DNA of 64,000 nt, taken from the NCBI GenBank assembly GCA_904063045.1, contig CAJFCJ010000046.1:40692-104691 (forward strand), read 5' to 3'. The notes beneath the pieces are model-generated. The model was not told the DNA's origin. It made no database searches and was given only the letters and a program-made list of their open reading frames with translations. Origin of the DNA: Dimorphilus gyrociliatus. Taxonomy: Eukaryota > Animalia > Annelida. A program made the position numbers and the translations under genes. Below, one piece after another: positions 25,441 through 37,268 of this stretch (positions within the stretch are counted from its first letter, which is position 1; each line of letters opens with the position of its first letter).

Positions 25441-25936
25441 GTAAGGCAAAATGTTCTATTAATTTATTAACAAATTGGAGTTACCTTTTTATTGATGAAG
25501 AAAGAATTTCTATTTTGTATGAAATAGACTCTTTGACTGTAATGATGGTAATCAATATGCTGACCCTCAATTAAATATCAATTATGCTTAAATTCTAAGT
25601 TAATGCTAAATTAATATTTACAAACTTTCCTTTGTCTTAAAATGTTACTTTTGTTTTAGTGAACTGTGCACTTGGAAATATCAACATATTAATATTTAGA
25701 CTTTAGATATTATAGAACTTTAGAAAGGCTTTTATTTTGTAGCAATTTTAATGGGGGAACTATAAAAATGACTTTTATGTTTTTTCTTCCAATGAAATAC
25801 TCATGTTTTGTTTAATATGGAAACTTATCTTACCATTTAAACAAATCCAATAAGTTGAATGTTTACATAAAGAGCATACACCTTTTTTTTGTATTGTCGT
25901 ATTTTAGTTGAAGTATTGGGGGCTCTGTCAATGCAT

Positions 25937-26010
25937 GGATATGACAGAAAACGTCAAAAAATGAGTGCTTTCACTGTAACCCTAACCCAGTCCTTAGCTG
26001 TACCTAACCA
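25937..26010 (-). mobile_element. Partial MITE (one end only)
   Basis: GGATATGACAGAAAACGTC..ACCCTAACCCAGTCCTTAGCTGTACCTAACC matches the start of 51123. Confidence 0.65.
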
Positions 26011-26641
26011 GTGGAGGTTGTTTCCAGGTGGTCTTCCCATGTCCTTGGGTCCAGATAGGAGTGCTGCTTCAAATAAGAATAGTGAGGATTTATATACTTT
26101 GCCTCTGATATCCAATCATCACTTTACATCACTTTGCAGTTGCCAAAATGTGTAGTTCATATTTATGTTTAGTAACGGAATGTTACAAGGTTCAACATTT
26201 ACGAAGGCTAATTAAATTATAACTTGGCCAAACCTTTATTGGTAATTAAAGATGAGCCTTCAAGCTGACTAATCAGACATGTGTTTGGCCAATGTTGTAG
26301 CATTTTCTTGCATAGGTTTTAAGAAGTACAAGTAAAAGTTGCATAAAATAATAGAGTTCAAGCATGTAAAATCTAACCAGAGTTGTACAACATCTATTGT
26401 GGAAATATAATTATTCAATTTAGGGTTAGGGAAAATACATAATATAGATTTTACACTCAACTTCAGATATATTGAGGTAGGATTCAATCCTCCAAGGATA
26501 CGTTTGCACATCTATTCAATTATTTACTAATATTAAAAAATTATTAAATCTTTTCATGAAATGAAATAATCCTATCTTTCTTAATTAAGATAAACTTCAA
26601 ATCACTACTCTTTCAGTAAAATCTTCTTTTGCCAAATGGAT

Positions 26642-26759
26642 AATACCAGTTTTCTTTAATGGACATAATGATGTTTGTCAATAACTTAATAAAATATGTA
26701 ACTGAAAATTATATACATATGGCCCTAAACAAAAGTAGCTATTAACACACTGATAAATA
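26642..26759 (+). repeat. 118-bp dispersed duplicate of 47992-48109
   Basis: Direct comparison shows 3 mismatches. Confidence 0.85.
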
Positions 26760-27077
26760 CTAGTTCAATCAATACTACTGTAGAATAGTGTTGAGGAATA
26801 TATGTTAACACTTGTTTTTTGCTAGGTATCATATATTTTTATATTCTATCAAAAATATGAATTGAAAAGTATATTTTTATTATTTTAAAGAGTTGTCTGA
26901 AGGTTTTCATAGAAAAACTTTTTATTTTTTATTTTATTTATTTTTACTGTTTTAATTTAGTAGATAAATCAGAAAAAGAACTAAAATTAAGAATTCATTA
27001 AAAAGATTATCACTCAACTATTATAGAAGAGATATAGGAAACATCTCAGAGCAAGCATCTGTATTTAAACAGCTAGG

Positions 27078-27255
27078 TTTACATTTACAATCAGACAATC
27101 TACTCAACTTAAATTTTTCTTGGTGTGAGTTGAATGTTAAACAAGCAATAACACTTGGAGAAGCTTTTAATCACTGTTCTTCATTAGAAAATATAGAATT
27201 ATGTCATAATCCAAACATGAGAGATGGCTTTAAAATGATTTGTGATGGACTGTAA
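27078..27255 (+). pseudogene. RNI-like LRR relic
   Basis: LNFSWCELNVKQAITLGEAFNHCSSLENIELCHNPNMRDGFKMICDGL*. Confidence 0.65.
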
Positions 27256-27479
27256 ACTTTTTCAGCAGGTTAAAATGAGGTTGACAGAAAACGTCCATGA
27301 ACTGAAAGAAAACAAAACTTAAAATAAATTTCATTTAAATGTTAATATATGTTGAAAAACAAATTAATAGAAAAATTTTTATAATATGGAACTTTGGGTT
27401 TACAAAATAAATTGTGTATTGATTATTTGTAAACAACTATAAAACAAAGAAACTTTTTTTCAAGTTTTACAATGAATGA

Positions 27480-27680
27480 CCAGTGTTTTTCAAGTGAAGT
27501 TTATTGATATCAGCTCCAAAAGCTGTTTTGCATTAATTTAACCTTTTTTAAAATTTTTCAAAATCCAGATCATGTCTGCCTCCCTCTTTAACTCATCAAT
27601 CACTAAATAAAAAGAAACATTTTCTCCAACAATTTTATTGAGCCTTTGATGATAACCTTCCAAATCTTCTATATACTGAA
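27480..27680 (-). mobile_element. MULE transposase C-terminal fragment
   Basis: DLEGYHQRLNKIVGENVSFYLVIDELKREAD matches the (T)NNDxEGWHRR region at 48710. Confidence 0.65.
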
Positions 27681-28916
27681 TTTGTTGCAGAAGCATTTCT
27701 ATGTAAACAATTACTGTTGTTAGGCCTACACAGTATGTGTCAGCAAAATCATAAGAAAAGTACACACAACTAGCATCAGAGATAGGCAAATTCTTTCACA
27801 ATCTCTCAAACCTATTCGTATTAAAGTCGCCATTTGAAATATTTAAAATATCAAAGTTTATGGCATAGTATCTAGCATTTCTCAACACAGGAACTTTCAC
27901 AATTTGACCAGTAGGCCATTTAGGAGTTTGAATATCTAATAATGACTCTTTGAATGATATAAATTCATAATACTTCAAAAGATAAAAAATAGATAAGCAA
28001 TTTTTCAATATTATAAGATAAAAAAAACCTGGTTTTATTGAATTGAATAAAATGGCTAGAGATTGAAAAACAAGAAGAATTTGTAATCTTCCAATTGAAA
28101 CCATCTTTGCTGTTTTAAAGTTTTACCAGTTTACTTAGCTGATTTGGCTCAAATTTTGTATAGGTGTTCGTTTGTCCCATATCAAAGCCTAAACCAAATT
28201 TCAAGGGAATCTGAGCAGTTTGAAATTTTCGATAATTTCACTGACCAACTTACAAGTGGCAGACACTAACATTCGACCTTTAGGTATACCAAACCTATCA
28301 ATAATCAGTCTGGTGGCGATTGTATTGAGGCTTTTCCTCTCAGTTGACAAAGGAGGAATACCTTCGAATTCTTGTGAGATTTTAAAGAAGGTGAGAAGTA
28401 GAATTGCTGCAGTTCAGATTCTCTTCACTTTTGTTGAGAGTTTGAATTTGTGGTGTTGGAGATACAGCGTAGCTTAGGCTAGAAAGGACTACTTAAGATA
28501 GTCATTCCTAATAGCCACATTCACCAGAAACCTAAAAAGTTTGCATTGTGTGTGCTGTGTGTGCATTAAGGGGATTGCCAGTTGTTAATTCCCTAACACT
28601 TAAGAACTAACCTAGCTCTTGCCTCTCCCTAACCTTTTTGACTAGTATGGAAGCCTCCAAACTACAAATCAAAAGCTACTTTACTCATCATTACCAGTTT
28701 TCAATCTGAAATGTTACTATCAAAAATATCACGTGGAGGCTTTTGCTTTTAGTTGTTTTCAAGTATGACTATAAACTTATATTTTATAAGTTGTTTGGCT
28801 TTATTCATCAAATTACTTAATTACAATTAGACGCTCTATAGAGACGGTCTTAGAAATGAGTTGCATTAAAGAAACACAATTATATTTTGCCCTTTTATAG
28901 ACACGATTCTTTTCTT

Positions 28917-30460
28917 TCAATTAATATTTTTTATGTTATAATGGCATATTTTCATATTTTCTTCCGTAATTCCAAAAGCTTTGATGTATACCGCAGGACA
29001 ATAATCTTGTCCACAGTTACAGGAATATTTGCATGATTGATTGCCATCTCCACCAATTTGTTGGCAACTATAGTATTCCCCAAGAAAAGTTGGTTCTATT
29101 TGTAAATCTTTGGGAATGTATGCAATTACTCCAGAATTGTTTATACCTTTTTTTCCATCAATACAATTTTGTAGATTTTGGCCTTTTATTGTTATTTCAA
29201 AATTTCTCAATTCAGAATCAACTGATGGCCAAGGAATTCTCAAATTAAATACTTGATTTGTCAATACATCAATACAAGTTTCTGCTGCTTCGTCATCCAT
29301 TATTTTCTGCAATTTTTCATTCTTTCTACTTTTTACATTGTCAAAAATTGGTCCATTTGTACAAGAATGAGATTTTACATATTTCCTATTGTCAATGGAA
29401 TTATAGTCGCATGTCTCTGCTACAGAATTCAAAATTCCACATTGCTTTGACCTAGAATCTGGAATGTAAACAATCATATCACAATCTGGCTGATTATCAC
29501 ATTTCTCCTTGCATTCTATTATATTAGCTACTGTTTCCTGATCAGCCAATCCACATTGCGCCTTGAAGCAAGTTTGCGATTTTTGAGCCAGTCTGTGGTA
29601 GGTAACCTTGTTCATCATATTAACAGTACCAGTTTCATTGCAATATTCTGAAGATAGAATGCATAGAGTTGTTGACAAATCATATTGAAAACAACTGCAA
29701 TTTGATATTGCTAGACATTTTCTTGAACAATCATTCAAATTAATTGCACTGAAAGCAGACAATGTTGATGTTGTGGTTGTAGTTCTGGTGATCTTTATAA
29801 ATCCAGGTAGAAAAGTATTGTCATAGTGACATTTACCATCAACAAAACAACATCCGTATCCTTCGCAATGATCCTGATCCGTTGTCGATGATCCGCAAAG
29901 TTTGTCAGTAACATTTGTACACTGTTCATTATTAAATACAGGATCTGTTAAGAAAATATTCGGTGGGAATGACTAATGAAATACTATAGAGAAGAAGAAT
30001 TTACCACAGATTCCATCTTTTCTTCCGTAATAGGCAGCATAGGACCATTGTTCAAACAATTCAGGATTAGAGTACTTATCCACATAATTCAGGTTACAAA
30101 GCGATGAAAAGGAATAATAATCAATAGACCTTGAAAACAGTGAATTATTAGAATTATAATTTGCAGAAAAAATTTTCAAAAAAAAATAATTGATTACTTG
30201 CAATTAGAAGTTTGTAAACAACTCAATTTGCAGGTTTCCAATGTCACACCATGTAAAGGATCGCCAACATTGTGATTTTTATTCGATAACCAGAAATTTC
30301 TTCGGAAAAACACACTGCATTGCAAATGGAAAAATAAATTTAGTAATAATTAAAAGAAAAACTTAAAAAAGTAAATTCTACTGTTTCTCCTTGTAGAAAC
30401 TTTATCCAATGCAGCAAATAATACAATAAAAAGATAAGAAAACTTTGCAGTTTTTTTCAT
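28917..30460 (-). CDS. Secreted PAN/Apple - trefoil - PAN - PAN - Cys-rich protein
   Basis: ATG 30460 with signal peptide. Three GT-AG introns give one continuous frame: PAN (CKLSCLQTSNCKSIDY..C), trefoil (C..LCG..DHCEGYGCCF..CHY), two more PAN-like units, stop at 28917. Confidence 0.75.
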
Positions 30461-30948
30461 ATTTCTTTTACAGAATTTTTTTTTTTCTTAAAAATATGCT
30501 TTGATTTTAGGTTGAGTTTTTTTTTTGTTGGGGAAAATGAGTAATTTCTAATATTTATATCATTGAAGGTGTCAATGCGTAGGATGTCATGAATTTTTCA
30601 AAATTCTTTTCTTTGTTTTCTTTTGAATTAAAAATGACGCAATTTTCACTCGAAAATACTTCAATTATAAATTAGAAATGTTTTTATCAATTTGTATGAT
30701 CTATACAAAAATCATTGTCAAGTAATATTCATTGAAAGAATGAGATTTAATTAATTATTAAAGGAAACTTTCCTTTTGTTTAGGAAAGTGAGCAGAAAAT
30801 TAATGGCATACCACGCAATCCTTATCAAATCACTATGGAAAGTTTTATTAAAAAAGAAGACAAAAAAAAATACGAATTTTTATGACCTTTGAAAAGTAAT
30901 TAATAATTGATGAGCACAGAGCTATTGAATTAATCGGTGATGGAATAT

Positions 30949-31162
30949 GGGACCAGTCGAAAACGGCCATAAATGAAATATTTGAAAGTTAGGAAATAAC
31001 TTTCAGCCTGGGAAATGGCTAGGAGGAATAAGATAACTGTTGATATGTTCTTAGGAGGGTCCCATCTAAGGGTTAGGGGTATTCAAAAAGGTTAGGCAAA
31101 AACAAGGGCTGGGTTAGGGTTAGGGTAAAACCATACATTTATGGCCGTTTTCTACCACATCC
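30949..31162 (+). mobile_element. Mutator-type MITE with TTAGGG motifs (subfamily A), young copy
   Basis: Perfect TSD ATGGAATAT (30940-30948, 31163-31171). TIR core GAAAACGGCCATAAATG at both ends. Confidence 0.92.
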
Positions 31163-31371
31163 ATGGAATATAAATATGTATATATATATAAATATATATA
31201 AATATATATACATAGGTGAATGAACAACATCGAATCAGATTTGAGGGAAACAAAGAAAGATTATAAAATGAACATATGTAATAGATTTAAACGGGCCTCG
31301 TATTGTTTAGTTACGTAGACATAGAGTTTTGTTTCAAATCCAGCCCCGCTCACTTGTTGAAGTAGAAAGTC

Positions 31372-32548
31372 ATGTCTATTACCATTATTTTTGGAGCTAT
31401 TGTCCTACTTTTTATAATTATAAGGCATATAGAATGGTTTATAAGATCATTTTATATAGGTGATATCGAAAACAAGTTTGTTTTGATAACAGGATGTGAT
31501 AAGGGTGAGTAGTCTTATTCAATTATGTTTTTAATACTAAACGTTCCCTCCTTCCTTTCTCTCTCTCTCTCTCTCTCATACTCTCTCATTTAGGCCTCGG
31601 AAATATGCTTGCCAAGCGTTTAGATGGCAAAGGAATGAATGTCATTGCCACCTGCCTTACTGACCAGGCAGCCAAGGAACTCAGCGATTCGTGCTCGAAA
31701 AAGTTAAGAACTTTTGTTATGAATGTTGTTAACGAAGACGAAATTGATGAGCTAAAAGAGTTTGTAGAGAGAAGAGTAGGTAAAAATGGTTTATACGCTT
31801 TAGTGAATAATGCAGGAGTAGGTAGAAGAGGAAGTGGTTCTCTTGAAACCTATTTACAGAAGAATTTACAAGAAATGTTGGCAATAAATTCCATTGCACC
31901 AGCAGTATTCTGTTTTAAATTTCTCGAGTTGTTACATATAGGAAAAGGTAGAATTATTAACATGTCGTCAGCTGGTTCAAGGTCACCGGATATAGATTTA
32001 CTTTATGGGATGTCTAAACGTTGCCTCGAAGCTCTCTCCGACATCTTGGGGTAAATTTTTTCAATAATTACTTATTCATAAGAGTGAATGAATGAACAAA
32101 TAAGTTCAATAATTAATCAATAGATTTCTTTTGAAACGCCACAACTGGAATGTTTCCGTTCATACTATTCAACCAGGAAGATATGTAACTGACATCTACG
32201 GTGGAGACAGCCTTCTCCAAGACCTCGAAGAGAGCTATCAAAGAGCATCAAAATGGACCAAAGAAAAGTATCCAACACAGAAAGAATACTCCAAGGAATG
32301 TCAGTATTTATTTAGATTTTCTTTTTCTTTTCTAAAAAGAGATCAATGAAATTGCAGTTTCAAAAGAATACGAAGAGTTTCTTTATTTCGCTTCGAAAAA
32401 GGTGTACGAAATAACTGACGCCTACGAACACTCAATTCTTTCAATATGGCCAAAAAATCGTTATACCGTTGGTTTATTGGCGAAATATCTTATCATCCCT
32501 CTAAGCTACCTTCCAACTACAATTTCAGATTTTATCTATCTTCTTTAG
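31372..32548 (+). CDS. Short-chain dehydrogenase/reductase, retinol dehydrogenase (SDR9C)-like, 4 exons
   Basis: N-terminal membrane anchor, TGCDKGLG cofactor motif after splicing, NNAG, catalytic YGMSK, IQPG. Last exon ends ..YLPTTISDFIYLL*. Confidence 0.88.
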
Positions 32549-33267
32549 CCATTTTTCTTCATTTTTGTCTTTGTCTTTATTGTGTTTGGTCTGCAGAAAA
32601 TGTTGGAGTTAAGGTTTAAAGGGATTATAAAGCAAAAGAAAACAAGAATACACATGTTTTTGTAACAATTTTACATATTATAATTTTTTGATCGGCGATG
32701 ATAAGATAGATTATACACAGTTTATGAAAAAACTTTCCCCTATAATCGATATGATAAATTACTTTTATCATAATTCAAAATCTCTTCCCTTTTTTCAAAT
32801 CAATGTGGCGTAGCATCTGCTGTTGTTTGTTTAAACCGAAACAAGCTGTTGTTATTGTCAGATAGAGATAATGATATGACAAGGTCACTATTTTTCAAGA
32901 ACAGAAAGAATAAATTGAGCTACTGCCCAACAGTGGCAAAATGTTTAGTATTGAATAAAACTATTATCTCATCACCATTCTTCTTCCTCCTTGTTTATTC
33001 TATGAACAGAATTTAATAGGTTGCAATATTGCTGCTATAATTCATTAGGGCTAGGGTTAGTCAAGGTTAAGGTCAATATGTAATATTAAAATTTTATCAT
33101 TACTTTGTCAAGTAACCCTAAAAATTGGATAGTCAAGTTTCTTGCTTTTAAAAAGGTTAATTGAATTAATACTTTGTCAAAGGTTTTGTTCTTCACTTAA
33201 ACAATAAGACTTTAAATGAAGTTCCTAACCCTAACCCATTGAAAAATTATTTGAAATAAAGAATAAT

Positions 33268-33390
33268 GTAATAAAGAAAATTTGTGAAGGACTTGAAAAC
33301 TCATCAAATACTTTGATGAAACTTGATTTCAGTGTTTGTTATTTACATGAAAAACGTTGTAAAGTTATTGAAAATTCACTGGATAAAATA
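33268..33390 (+). pseudogene. RNI-like LRR relic
   Basis: KKICEGLENSSNTLMKLDFSVCYLHEKRC is one unit of the 35148 repeat. Confidence 0.55.
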
Positions 33391-33713
33391 TAAAAAAAAG
33401 ATCCAATCCACATGAAAAAGGCAAACAATATCCAAAAATTAAAGACTGAAATATTTTGAAGATGGATATATTTCTGACATATTGGGATCAAGCTACAATT
33501 AAAAACACTGGTAAATATCAATAAAGTCATTAATTTATAGTCCTTGAAATAGATGAATATTAATTCTACAGGCAAGGCTGACAGGATAAAACATATGTTA
33601 AAAGTAATGCTGAAAGTAATAAACAGGGTTAGAAACAACCAAAAATATAAAAATTTGATATTACAGTACTTTTTAGCATCATTATATCCAGTCTCATTAT
33701 TCCCGTGTAACAT
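33339..33713 (-). pseudogene. Multi-pass membrane fragment, possibly sterol-sensing-domain (Dispatched/Patched)-like
   Basis: Three hydrophobic segments with SSD-like spacing. No diagnostic GxDD motif is intact. Confidence 0.25.
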
Positions 33714-35147
33714 ATGTTCTATATAAGTATGAACATTAAAAAAAAAGAACCATCATAAATGGAGTTACACCTGTTGTTACTGATATCAAAAATGCCAACA
33801 ACATCTTAGTCTTTGACATATCTCTGAACTGACAGTTTTTGAATAAAAACTGATATAAATTTACAAAACAACCACTTTTGGGGAAATGTATCAAAGGTCA
33901 CGTGAAGTTTTGTATTGGAAAGCAACATAAAAAAATCATAAAGGCTCGGATTCCAATGAAAATTTTGAATAAACATTTCTGGAATAGATATGTCTCACCA
34001 GTCTAATGTCTTTTTTTGTTGTCTAATGAGGAAAAATTTGAGCTATTTGCATAAACTTATGAATATTGTGGAAAAGGGGTTAGGGTTAGGTCAGGACACT
34101 ATCTATTTAATATGTCTTGTAACCAAATCAAGAACAAGAATTTAAAAAAAATGCCCAACATATCTTCAAATTTTCAAGTCTAAAATGACAATATTTATAG
34201 GGTTATCAATTACGTAATACTTTAGGGTTAAAAGTAAGGGTCAGGGTAAAACTTTAAATTCATGCACCTTTTCTGTCATAACCTTGCCTAAATTTGGCAG
34301 CGAGCCAAACTATCATTACGTCAATATTGTTACATTTTTTATGACTGTATAGGGCAATACAGAATGGACTAATGACTGTTACTACTCAATAGGCAGTAAA
34401 GGGAAAAAGAAAGAGTGCTTATGTCAGAATATACAATTAACTTAACATTTCTTTTAAAATACTCTTTTTCCATGTAGCAAGTTCTTATTTTAATTGCTTT
34501 GGTAGATAAAATGGAGTTGGCTTGAATAATCCAGCATTCACAGCAACTTGTACAACTTCTGAAACATGTGTGACAAACATTTAACTCTGTTTAGATATCT
34601 AGCAGTTGTTTCAATGGCTGTCACTGTTGTATCAGTGACATCATTTTATGAATCAGTGATGCAGATTGTTATCGCATCTGTTAATGATACAGTTTATTTA
34701 TGGTCATCTATGCTTTTGTAATTAATCTTCCTCTCTTATAAAAATAAATGGTTTAACCTTTCATTCCTGGTTTAATTATCAAAATCAACATAGTTTTCAA
34801 TGAAAAGGTCTTATAAATTAGACTATAATCTTTTTCAAATTTTTCCCTACATGGAAGATACTTAGATAAATAATTAAAAAAATTTAATTATCAACCTATG
34901 GGGGAAAGATCAATGACTATTCTTTGGCTACAACGGAAATGATCCTCATTTCAGAGATGTTCATTAGAAAAAAAAATACAAAGATTATAAAAAAAAGTGT
35001 TACTAAATAATACAGTATCCACCAGTTTAACAATGGATATGCTGTACATTTTACAACCATATAACCATAAAACCATAGGCGTCTGCTTCTAAATATTTTC
35101 CAGCGTAATTTTATAAATCAAATACATAATTAAAAAGGATCCTTGTA

Positions 35148-37268
35148 ATGTCTGTTAGTTCACTAAAGAATATCTCAATTAAAGGTGTGAGTAAAAATTT
35201 AAACTCTATCATTGAATTCTGCAAGAAAGAAGATGTAAAAATACCTTTCAAACTCGGAAATGAAATATTTGAATATTTCTGCACTGATAATAGTTCACAA
35301 TCATACGGAAATGTTAATATATTTTCTTGTGATATTTTACCTTTGACCTCTGTCACCATAAACAATAAAGAAAAGCTGAGACTTGAAAATTTAAGATTTT
35401 TGAAAGGTCATTCATTAAAGACATTGAACATTTATAAAGGTTCATATAATGAATTACCAATCAGTTCAAATATTGAAAATTTGAAATTGGTGAGCACAAC
35501 ACTGCCTTCCAGTGTCTTTTGTCAATTGGGGAAGGATTTGGCAGATTGTTTCTGCCTAACATCAATAATAATAAGAGATATATATCATATATCTTTTTCT
35601 TCTTTTGAGAATTTATGTAATGGATTAAAATCTTCAAATTGTTCATTAAAAGAAATTGACTTTTCATATTGTGGATTATCAGAAGAAAATGGAAATCTGT
35701 TGGGTAATCTATTAACAGAATGTAAAACTGTAAATATAATAAACTTAAGTTATAATCAACAATTTAAAGATGAATGTAAAAAAATATTTTGTGGATTAAA
35801 ATCATCGTCTCTGTTCTTGCAAAATATCAAATTAAATAGTTGTAACTTATCGAAGAAACAAAGCTTTTGGCTTGCAGATTTATTATTTGAATGTAACGGA
35901 TTAACAAATATAAGTCTCAATGGTAATAGGCATATGTTGGAGGGATTTAAAAAAATATGTAAAAGATTAAAATATTCATCAAATACGTTAAATTCTATAG
36001 ATGTTGGTATGTGTAATTTGACAAAAGAGCAAGCATTTTGGTTAAGTGATTTACTCTTTGAATGTAAATCATTAAATTATATAGCTTTTAATAATAATAA
36101 TGTTATGAAAAATGGACTTCAGAATATATTTGAAGGATTAAAATCATCAGCATTCTCTCTACAAGAAATTTTATTTTTACAAGAAAATTTCAAAGAAGAA
36201 CAGGCCAGTTGGATGGGTGATCTATTAAAAGAATGTATAGGCCTTAAGACAATAAATTTAAACTTTATGAAAACTATTGGTAAAGGATTTGAAAGTATAT
36301 GTAATGGATTAAAATCTTCAGCCACTTCTCTGCAGAAAATGGACCTATGCGGTTGTAATTTATCAGAAGAACAAGGAATTTGGTTGGGTGATTTATTAAT
36401 TGAATGTAAAGTGTTTAATCATTTGCATTTGGGTTATAATAGCAATATAACAGATAATGGATTAAATAGAATATTTAAGGGATTAACTTCTTCATTAGAA
36501 ACTTTAGAGTATATTGATCTATCTGGCTGTAATATAACAGAAAATCAATGTTTTTGGTTAGGTGATTTATTACAGAAATGTATAGGAAAACTTGAAATTA
36601 ACTTGACTTCAAATACTCAAATGGGAGAAGGATTTAAGAGGATATGCTATGGATTGAAATCTCCTTCTCTACAAAGTATCCACTTCACTTTTTGTAATTT
36701 ATCAGAAGAACAAGGAATATGGCTCAGTGATTTATTATTTGATTGCACAATGCTAACTGCTATAAATTTAACACAGAATGGTACTTTGAAAAATGAAATT
36801 CTCAATGTCTTTAATGGATTAACATCTTCATGCAACTCATTACAACAAATTAGTTTGGCTGAATGTAATTTAACAGAGGAACAAGGAGTCCATTTAGGTA
36901 ATTTATTACTTAAGTGCAAAAGACTAACTCATATAAATTTGACTAATAATAAAATATTATCAAAAGGATTTAAGAGAATATGTAATGGATTGAAAATGTC
37001 ATGTTTTACTTTAAAACATATTAATTTATCATATTGTGATTTATCAGAGGAACAAGCATTTTGCTTAGGTGATTTACTATCAGAATGCACAGCTTTAAAA
37101 GATATACATTTGTGTTCTAATTGCAATATGAAAAACGGATTTGATAAAATATATTCTGGATTAAAATCATCCAAATTCACTTTACAAAACATCAGTATCC
37201 TTCAATGCGATTTGTCAGAAGAGCAAAAGCTTTCGTTAAACAATTTAGCACCTACAATACAAGCCTAA
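35148..37268 (+). CDS. Single-exon RNI-like leucine-rich repeat protein, 706 aa, with an N-terminal VHL-box-like motif
   Basis: Uninterrupted ORF with ten ~57-aa double repeats (GLKSS..L..I.L..C.L..EQ..WLGDLL..C..L..INL..N). N-terminus SLKNISIKGV..IPFKLGNEI. Confidence 0.9.
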   Translation: MSVSSLKNISIKGVSKNLNSIIEFCKKEDVKIPFKLGNEIFEYFCTDNSSQSYGNVNIFSCDILPLTSVTINNKEKLRLENLRFLKGHSLKTLNIYKGSYNELPISSNIENLKLVSTTLPSSVFCQLGKDLADCFCLTSIIIRDIYHISFSSFENLCNGLKSSNCSLKEIDFSYCGLSEENGNLLGNLLTECKTVNIINLSYNQQFKDECKKIFCGLKSSSLFLQNIKLNSCNLSKKQSFWLADLLFECNGLTNISLNGNRHMLEGFKKICKRLKYSSNTLNSIDVGMCNLTKEQAFWLSDLLFECKSLNYIAFNNNNVMKNGLQNIFEGLKSSAFSLQEILFLQENFKEEQASWMGDLLKECIGLKTINLNFMKTIGKGFESICNGLKSSATSLQKMDLCGCNLSEEQGIWLGDLLIECKVFNHLHLGYNSNITDNGLNRIFKGLTSSLETLEYIDLSGCNITENQCFWLGDLLQKCIGKLEINLTSNTQMGEGFKRICYGLKSPSLQSIHFTFCNLSEEQGIWLSDLLFDCTMLTAINLTQNGTLKNEILNVFNGLTSSCNSLQQISLAECNLTEEQGVHLGNLLLKCKRLTHINLTNNKILSKGFKRICNGLKMSCFTLKHINLSYCDLSEEQAFCLGDLLSECTALKDIHLCSNCNMKNGFDKIYSGLKSSKFTLQNISILQCDLSEEQKLSLNNLAPTIQA

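Noticed and set aside
27796-28104. Hydrophobic-start ORF that seems to continue past a TGA into 27538-27789
   Set aside because: No family could be assigned, and the distal part is a MULE fragment.
28100-28480. Possible retroviral integrase fragment on the minus strand (IIDRFGIPK)
   Set aside because: A single short motif with no aligned DDE residues.
34500-34720. Thr-rich and Cys-rich short minus-strand frames
   Set aside because: Interrupted by stops, with no consistent exon structure.
35111-37192. Minus-strand ORFs over the LRR gene, and similar ones at 3775, 4031, 16125, 16529, 29033-29455 and 46866-47287
   Set aside because: Shadow frames of genes on the opposite strand, with no motifs.
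35148-37268. Intronless LRR gene as bacterial horizontal transfer
   Set aside because: Composition matches the host, degraded paralogs are spread through the window, and the N-terminus looks like a eukaryotic VHL-box.
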